DNA of 53,795 nt, the filler included, from Sphacelaria rigidula (lineage: Eukaryota), in assembly GCA_964200075.2 (NCBI GenBank). It is 4 parts of 4 records of this genome, joined end to end, with 100 filler letters (N's around TTAATTAATTAA, not from the genome) between each part and the next. Parts side by side here need not be neighbours in the genome. Positions count along the whole stretch, not along the records: positions 40,425 to 53,795 come from CAXNAA020002931.1; 3 more parts are not named here. One strand, given 5' to 3'. Within the stretch, counting starts at the first letter, position 1, and every line of letters starts with the position of its first letter. Of the stretch, positions 46,701 to 53,795 are shown in pieces. Position numbers and translations under genes: made by a program. Below the pieces are notes generated by a model that was not told where the DNA came from, ran no database searches, and saw nothing but the letters and a program-made list of their open reading frames with translations.

Positions 46701-49544
46701 TGGGAGGCAACTTGATGTAGGTATGCACGCGTGAATGCCCACACGTCTGTGCACCCGGGAGTGAAATGGGGAGCGACAGACGCTTGCACGACGAAAACAG
46801 CTCCCGCGCAAAGGACAGTTATAGCGCGGCGGAGCTGCGGTAGCAACGGGGGCAAACCTCAGGCATCAAACACACGCCATAGATTTTGATTCAATAGTGT
46901 ATTGGGTAGGGTATCACCGATACCCGGGTATTTTGAAGAGTCGTACTGTCAGTACTCAAAATTTCGAGTGGAGTATTCACATCGTACCCACTCGGGGGAG
47001 CTACTTCTCACCGGTTTTCGTGGCACCTCTCTTCTTATTTTGATTTTCGGTAATGTTTCTTGCAAGGAATAGCAGGAAACGGCATTGGAAAGGTGAGCCT
47101 ACGTCTGTGACCACGGGTTCGCGAGGTCGGACTAATGCGCGGAAATAATAATAACAATAATAATGAAAATAATAAACCCAGCTCTGCCCTGAATTCGAGT
47201 ATTGAGATCATACACGAGTGATACTCCATACCCAGGCATTCGTGAAAGTAAATACTGCACATTTGGGTAGAGCAACGAGACTCTACCCAACTCTACCCAT
47301 CATTTGGATAGAGTAATTGAGGTCGTACCCAATCTACCCAAAACTTGTAGAAGAGTAAATACTCCAGTAGTATACTCGGGTATTCAAGAGTACACGCCGC
47401 ATACCCTACTCAACACACCCTTGTATTGTTTGACTACTTGTAGGACATGAAATGGATGCCCGAGGGATCCAGCTGTGATCATCATCTACAAAATATACGT
47501 GCTCCAGGTGAACAAGACGGCAATGCTTGCGAGAGGAAACTCGAGATAGCTCTGTACAATGCGGGCAGCATCGTATGTGGAGCAATGAGTTGTTAGTATC
47601 ATGCTTGTTAACAGGGCTCACCTCCCACACATAGGGGTAACTAAAAGTGAATACAAATATCTTCGCGCAAAGCGCGATTATGGCCGAGCGTTTGAAAATC
47701 GCCACTGGGCAAAAATCGAGGACCCACCCGAAATCAGGGGAATACACACCGTTGAAACGTTCATGGCATGCCCATTATTTTTATGCTGTAGTTCTCGCTG
47801 TGCTGTTAGGCATCCGAACACTCTACGGCGACCACGGTGCGATGTGCACTGGACAGTGCCTGAGCAGTTGTACTGCTGCATGCCGTGTTTCGGGCTGCAC
47901 AGAATTGGGGTGAGATCAAGGTGCTGCCGAAACAAAGAAAGGTTGAAACAATCGTCACGTGACGGCTGTACAGCTGTCTGTTGCGTCTTCTCTGGTACTC
48001 CAGTTATAGTCGGGGGCTGTGATCGGGGAAGACACGCCAGGCAGGTGCGTGCAGGTTGGGACGAACAAACTGAGCCAGGTTGGGACAAACAAACTGAGCC
48101 AGCACGGAGCTGCTGTTGTATCCTCGTTTATTGCCAGTAGCAGCTGTCTGTGTGGCAGCGGCGCAATGTGTAGACCAATCAAAGCTGCTGTTTGATATAC
48201 CTCCCTCTCATATCTCTCATTTCATTGAAGAAAGGTCACCGCATTTTGGTATATTTCAAGACTCTGGTCGAGATACCTTGCAACTCATAGTTCTTGCCCC
48301 TATCTGTGGGCCCAGTACCGTTAATAGGAAGACATGCCTTATCAAAGTATGGCCACGGACCACACATGCAATAAAAATATTAGCTCACCTCATGCTGGTG
48401 AGGGAAGAGATCAAGGGCAAGCCCCGGCACAAGGACGGAGCACGTGTGGTACTGAGCCCTGCAGGTCACCGTCAGCGCTTCCAAGGAATTCGCGGGTAGA
48501 TACTGCGCCACTGGAAGGCATGAGGGACGGCGCGGGATTCATTTGTGTATGGGCGTACATGTCGCGTGTTGATTTCCCCATAAACGGTATTTGTTGAATT
48601 TCTTTGGTCCGCAGCCCCGAGCGGAGAAATTTCACGGACCGTAAAATAAAGCAGCAAGTGTGCTGCTGTTCAATTTTAATTTTCAAAGAGCGCGATGGTG
48701 AGAACGCCTGAAGATTTGCGCCCCCATTGCGCCCTGCGTACAATCTATACTGCAACCCGCATCGGACACATGTTGGCCCAACTATGTAAGAGAGCGCCGA
48801 TGTGTACGCGCGAAGGGTGCTTGCCTTTGATCATCACAGCAGCTGGCACCGCATTCAGTCCGCACGCACCAGGCCCTGGCCCCACGACCGACGTCCCTCC
48901 TCGATCACCCCCAACTTCCACCACGATCCGCGGCGCTTGCGGCTTCAGCGAGGCATACACCGCATCGAGAGCATGGCCCGCCGGCTTCTTCTTCTTGCCA
49001 AGTACTGTGCTCTTTGGAGGGGCCGACTGCTGCTGCTGAGGACGCGCTTTGTGAACGATGGTTGAGATCATGTTGGTGTTGTATACAGATGTCCGATCTG
49101 GCACCTGCAGTAAAGGCGTCAGTGTCCGATCCATTGCTGTAGTCCCCCGAGAATATGCGGATAAACACGGAAGCAGGGACTGCCAGGCAGGCCACTGCTC
49201 AGTCGTGGTGGGGCTGATGCTAGCGCCCGGAATCATCGGTACGTCTAGCTCGGCCAGGAGTTCTGCTTCCACGTCTGCCTGCTTACCGGCAGCTGTACCT
49301 GCGGTACCCAGATGTTGATCACGGGAGGGCGACCCTGCTTCCAGTGGTGGACGTCGAACACCGAGATAATGAACAACGGCGGCGCCTTGATCAGCAGCAA
49401 TGGTCGTGATGACATGCAGAGGTTCCGCAGCAGGACACGTGACAGGCCGTCCCACAATCTCTAAAGTGTTGCGTGACGATGGTATCAAGCGTGCCTCTGT
49501 CCAAGCTTGAGGGACATACAGGGAGGTGTCATCGCCGACAGCAC
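40622..49544 (-). CDS. F-box + SNF2-family helicase + bromodomain protein (At3g54460-like); 5' portion only, 3' end beyond the contig
   Basis: Phase-consistent exons ~49544-48825, 48510-48389, 46587-46242, 45636-45461, 43186-43122, 41838-41706 and 40726-~40622. F-box GLNAVPAAVMIKVAQYLPANSLEALTVTCR; then LVPGLALDLFPHQHEGLQWMRDRER; SNF2 motif I RGGMLCDEPGLGKTITVLALLLRT; bromodomain KVLRALQLEDPEGVFSRELDEETLRELGMVDYLDVVGDPIDLQAIARR..YETFEQFASDVRRVFSNAILYH..VAEAAKQLSKKAEELF. Confidence 0.88.
41336..41688. mobile_element. Short hAT-type MITE (same family as 4414 and 15251), intronic
   Basis: TIRs CAAGGTCGTGTTCTGTAGGGTACG and ..CCCTGCGGAACAAAACCTTG; flanks match at 5 of 8 positions. Confidence 0.85.
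41706..41838 (-). CDS. SNF2 gene exon, bromodomain helix B
   Basis: YETFEQFASDVRRVFSNAILYHG. Confidence 0.88.
43122..43186 (-). CDS. SNF2 gene exon, bromodomain ZA loop and helix A
   Basis: ELGMVDYLDVVGDPIDLQAIAR matches the DYxxxIxxPMDLxTI pattern. Confidence 0.88.
43383..43745 (+). mobile_element. tRNA-derived SINE (intronic)
   Basis: A-box TGGCTCAGCTGG (43396), B-box-like GGCTTCAAATCT (43440), a body and a CA-rich tail. Confidence 0.7.
44433..44918. mobile_element. PIF/Harbinger-type foldback MITE (intronic)
   Basis: ~210-bp TIRs (T/G)GCCGGATGTTA..TAACATCCGGCC; 3-bp TSD TTA at 44430-44432 and 44919-44921. Confidence 0.88.
45461..45636 (-). CDS. SNF2 gene exon, bromodomain helix Z
   Basis: MVKVLRALQLEDPEGVFSRELDEETLR; acceptor CTAG|, donor |GTGCGT. 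Confidence 0.85.
46242..46587 (-). CDS. SNF2 gene exon, helicase motif I (Walker A)
   Basis: GLQWMRDRER..RGGMLCDEPGLGKTITVLALLLRTRGLLP; donor |GTGAGT. Confidence 0.92.
46897..47418. mobile_element. Degenerate MITE (intronic)
   Basis: 18-bp TIRs GTGTATTGGGTAGGGTAT and ATACCCTACTCAACACAC (16/18 match); repeated TACCC/GAGTA subterminal motifs. Confidence 0.6.
48389..48510 (-). CDS. SNF2 gene exon, F-box end and LFPHQ motif
   Basis: VAQYLPANSLEALTVTCRAQYHTCSVLVPGLALDLFPHQHE; acceptor CCAG|, donor |GTGAGC. Confidence 0.88.
48825..49544 (-). CDS. SNF2 gene N-terminal exon ending in the start of the F-box
   Basis: Long open frame ending GLNAVPAAVMIK; GC donor AAAG|GCAAGC; 5' boundary uncertain. 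Confidence 0.75.
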
Positions 49545-49963
49545 CTGACAGCAAGCACCTGAACTGAAAATTAACCCTAACTATCAAACCTCGTGATCCA
49601 TGAACCATTATTTTTTTCTTACTTTGAACACGCCCACCCCCCCCGTACGCTACTCTCCCAAACGCACGACCAAGGGCGAGCGAGCGGGACGAGTCCCGGA
49701 AATAAACGTTTCCAGTTTAAGGGACTCACAGTAACCCAGTGTATCTATATAACCCGCGGTCATTTCAATAGAAAATGGTATTATTTCGTTCTGTATTTTA
49801 ATTTCCAAAAGACATTTATAACAATGTGTACTTTGCTGCACATCAGTGCGGTATCCAGACAGTTCACATCCATCACCAGAACAAAACGACCCTATCGATA
49901 CTTCGCATCTTCGCATTCATTGCAGCACGATACAAGACCGGACCACAGTGCACGACATCTACC

Positions 49964-50308
49964 ATGGGTGAACCACTGCTAGGGAGCCTCATCTGCGGAA
50001 CCATGGCGCTGTCGATGGTGCTGTGGAATTGGATGCTGATGCGATCTCAGCAGCGCATTGGTCGGGAGTGTGCCCATGCCGCAGCAGAGCAGGCCCGCGC
50101 CAAATTGAACGCCCACGATAATGGTGATGGGCAAGAGCAACACTGCCGCGCCTATCACGAGTCAAAGGACGGACAAGCGTGGGAGCAGCAGGAGCAGCCG
50201 TCCTTGTCTCCTTCGGAAGTGAAGGGAAACAGAGACCGGGTTGACACGTTGCCTCCAACTCCTCCTGGATCCTATGCCCTTGAAGAGGGCTTCTTCCCAG
50301 AGAGGTGA
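49964..50308 (+). CDS. Hypothetical protein (first exon or short ORF) with a hydrophobic N-terminal segment, divergent from the SNF2 gene
   Basis: ACCATGG start; MGEPLLGSLICGTMALSMVLWNWMLMR.. followed by a charged region; ends at TGA 50306-50308 or at donor GAG|GTGACC. Confidence 0.45.
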   Translation: MGEPLLGSLICGTMALSMVLWNWMLMRSQQRIGRECAHAAAEQARAKLNAHDNGDGQEQHCRAYHESKDGQAWEQQEQPSLSPSEVKGNRDRVDTLPPTPPGSYALEEGFFPER

Positions 50309-53300
50309 CCGTAAACGTGTACTGTACTGTGCTAGTATACCCGTTTATTCATCAGCAGCAGCATTGAAGCACAGCAAAGAAGCCGTGTGCATGAGCCATA
50401 GAGTGTGCATGGTAGGGCAATCTAGTAGATGGTGTGCTTCGTTGCACACGGCACAGCCGCAACAGTGAAACTCTTCGTAGTAACACATCCGGTGTGAAGC
50501 TCCACTGAAGTTGACAGAATTATCATTCAACGGTCAGTGACGAAATATTGCCACTGCCAATAGTCCCTGCTTGCCCGCTCAAGAAGGTTGACGTCGCTGG
50601 TTGAACAAACTGAGCGGCAACGTTGTGTACCGCTGGCATGGGCCGTCACGGTGGTTGCTGATTGCCTGTCTACCTTGCACTGCTGGTCACTGTCCGTTCA
50701 CGATAGTGGCAGTGATACTGCGAGTGGGCATGGGTCAGTTTGTAGCCACGGCATAGGAGTACTTGTATGAGGCAGTCACGAAACATGGGCTGCTACATAC
50801 AGGTGTTCGAAAAACTCTGCATGCGCACAATCGTTGTATGCTGTCTCACACACACGAAGCACCTACTATATCTCGTGAGAAAACGCTTCCGATTTCGTTT
50901 TTGGAATTGTTCAACTCTACCCCAAGCCTTACTACGATATTGTACCGCGATGCGCAAATCCGTGACGACCCTTGATGCCATCTTGCCTGTGCCATAATTT
51001 GACAAGACCCTATTTGACAGTCAGTGCACTTAGCCATGTACCCTACAGTTCTGTCTACCGCATACGAAGGGGTACAGCAGTATTAGTCAACCGACACCTG
51101 CTGTAACTGCGTGCCTGCTGGGCCATGATTCGATCTTGGTACTGTCATCAGGTTGAACAGTTCAGCTGGAGACGAAAGGGGAGAGCACCGCGAATGTCAT
51201 TGTAGCCCTACCGTGAGATACGAGGAGAGTCTCATCACCCTGGTGGATAATATTTTTGTTTGTTGTTTCAAAAGTCAACGTTGTGTGGCGACCCAATTGT
51301 AGCAACCTCACGGCAGCCACCACCCCATGCTGTCTCAATCACCACCCTGGCCGCTAGCAACCTGGCCGTGTGCGCAACAGTAAAAACGCACAACAGTTTC
51401 CGAAGGGAGATGAAGATGTACCCCCGCCTCCGCTCAGAGCGTGGCCTGCATTTTGTTTCTTACATGAAAGGCTGAATGCAACCGTGTTCTGCAACAGCAC
51501 TGCAGGCAACAGTGTGCAGTGGAATTGACTGAAGATGGGGCCAGACAGGGCGATGGGGCCAGACAGGGCACGAAGACTACGACTCACAGCAAGAATAATT
51601 GGGTGTAGGTATTTCTTCATGGTTTGGCGGTCGTTACCCAGATTGTAGACTACGCATACATCGCGAAGTAGGTGGGGATCCTGTCGGGGAACAAAGAATG
51701 AAGTGACGATATTGACCAATCAGCATCACCCCAATGATCCCTACATTTGGTTGGTGCTTCCGTCCAGGAATAAGATCTTCCCACGGCAATTTCTGAAAAC
51801 GCGCATGGTTGGTTTTATAAGCTCTTTGGTTGATATAGGAACAGCTCCCTCCCACCTCTAAAACGATCCCACTGCTCGCCCGGAAACCCTCCATGTTCCA
51901 AAGCAAAGCTCACGATGTATAGGTCGACTCTTTGGCCGCCAGAGCACATCATGTGAGTCACGTTCTAGCTTGAAGAGTGAAAGTGATTCTAGTTAAACAG
52001 ATGGCCTACCCTCGCCATCAAGGCGTTGAGAGGGTGGGTCATACGTTGAATCGGCATCATTCTTCACTTGAGGGATGTCTGCGAGTCCCAAATCGTCCAC
52101 CCTTGTGTAACCCTTTTTATGCTCGTCCTCCATCATCACCCCGGGGGTTCGTAATTATTGTTTTTGGTGGAGAGACAACCCCTAGGTACAACTATTGCTG
52201 CGACGCGTATGCCGCGTGTCACAGCCGAGTACAGGACAACAGTCAGCACAGCTATTCGTGCATGCGCCGGGACTGGCGACCTTAAATATCGTCCTGAGGA
52301 GCCCAGCCATGGTCGTGAGACGGAAACTCTCTCGCGAAAGAAAGAAATACTCCGGAGTATGGAACAAAAAATATGAAATCAAGAAACGGACTGAACCATT
52401 TAATGAAACACGTAAAACGAACAAGAACAGAAAAACAGAAGAACAAAGAGAGGGGTGAAGAGCATATAGCATAGTGCATATACTTGTGTGTATAGGATAT
52501 GGGCAAGACAGCTAGAGATCAGTTCCCGTGTTAACCCAGCTTCCCTCACTCATCCTCAGTCGGGTACAAAGCGGGATACTCTCTCCACCATGTCTATCCT
52601 GAATTCCTCGTCAGATTCTTGCAGTCAGTTCGTTCCTTTCTGCGGAATCCAACCACTCGCAGTAAAAGCGGATGTTGGGCAGCGCGAGGACTCAGACTTG
52701 CCCTCTCACACTGTCAAGGGCACGTACAGGAGGTTATGGTCCACATGCACAGCTGTTTGCTCCTCACTGAACAGCTGAAGGTCGTGTCGTATTGGTCTCT
52801 GTTCTCCAGATAGCGCATGCTAGCGTGTTTTGAATTTCGGCCAGAGGTTTCCGCAGCCCCCCTCCCCTCCCCCAACCCCCCTGCTATAGCAACCACTACC
52901 ACTTGATCGGGACACAATCACCACGATCGGGAGTTCCGCTCATACGGGCTCATATATCTGTTGGATCCAAAGTACAATTCTACCTGACGGCAGAGGGTTC
53001 CATGTGTGCCACTGTTGCGTTATCCCACCAACCCAACCCAACCCAACCTAAAATCCAGGAGATGATATTCACGTGCCAGAGTAGTGGAACGAGCCAGGAT
53101 AATATTCACGTGCCAACGCAATGCACGCCGTGAACCTCCGGGTACAGAGGTGGCCACCCCTGAAATATTCACAGGGCGAAAACAGGTTTTGCCGTGGGCA
53201 ACGGGGGTCAGGCGCTCTGAAGAATAAATGGTCCCGTATGGGTAGAGCTATTACATACTTCGAAGTATATAATCGTGATTCTGCGAGAACAGGAAAAACC

Positions 53301-53795
53301 CTGCGTCGATATGCACACCACCAACCTCTCATGAAGAGCCGAGCTTCTCTCCATAGACCCCCCTTTCTATGGTTCACTGGCTGCGTGCTGCTGGGGTCGG
53401 CGTCGGTTGGCGATGACGCTATAAAACACGCCACTCACTACGTAAGCTAGGCAACCAAGTTACCGTGTTTTTTTGCGCTCTTGCGTTTTTGTTTTTGCGG
53501 TAACCATGTTGGTAGTCCAGCTAGATCATGTTGTGCGGCGTGAGAGAACCTCAACCCCGCGCAATGGCGATGATCGTACTACTTGGTGGGTCAATGGTGA
53601 GGCACCCATGAGGCAGTGTAAAAGCCGTGGCTGTCTCAGGAAATGGCGATGCCAAACGATAAAGCAACTCATTGGAGGCTGTCATCCAAATGCAAGATAA
53701 TCAGTAGGCCTCAGGCTCAACAATCTTGGCAGGATGCAGCTCACTCTTCATGCGACTCGCCGACCCGCCACGGCGCTTCGCGCTTGGTGATTGAG

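Noticed and set aside
48052-48102. 24-bp tandem duplication (also an 18-bp one at ~51533-51570 and (GAGAGACC)n at ~33430-33465)
   Set aside because: Ordinary slippage repeats.
50800-53795. Possible further exons (e.g. 50803.., 52560-52813)
   Set aside because: No recognisable product and no phase-consistent exon chain could be established.

Overview
This is eukaryotic, intron-rich, repeat-rich DNA of about 50% GC. Gene structure, a flagellar IFT gene and the repeat types suggest a stramenopile, most likely a brown alga (inference). The window is not one locus. It is four contigs of 13376, 13375, 13373 and 13371 bp joined by 100-bp N44-TTAATTAATTAA-N44 spacers, so adjacency across spacers means nothing. 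Contig 1 holds a decayed Ty3/gypsy retrotransposon (minus strand) interrupted by a composite hAT-type element with a perfect 8-bp TSD, then an orphan ORF and a perfect 185-bp inverted repeat that runs to the contig end. Contig 2 holds a complete 5-exon IFT22/RABL5 gene (182 aa, one GC-AG intron). Its 6.2-kb first intron contains a hAT element with a nested truncated Ty1/copia, plus a DD39D mariner relic. Contig 3 holds an unidentified multi-exon minus-strand gene, a divergent Gly/Arg/Asp-rich ORF and many short repeats. Contig 4 holds the 5' part of a 7-exon minus-strand gene that I reconstructed by splice phase: F-box, SNF2 helicase motif I, then a complete bromodomain. It resembles the plant At3g54460 family, but has a bromodomain in the insertion where plants carry a CW finger, and the acetyl-lysine-binding Asn is replaced by His. 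This is the most interesting find. No prokaryotic-type system or CRISPR array is present.
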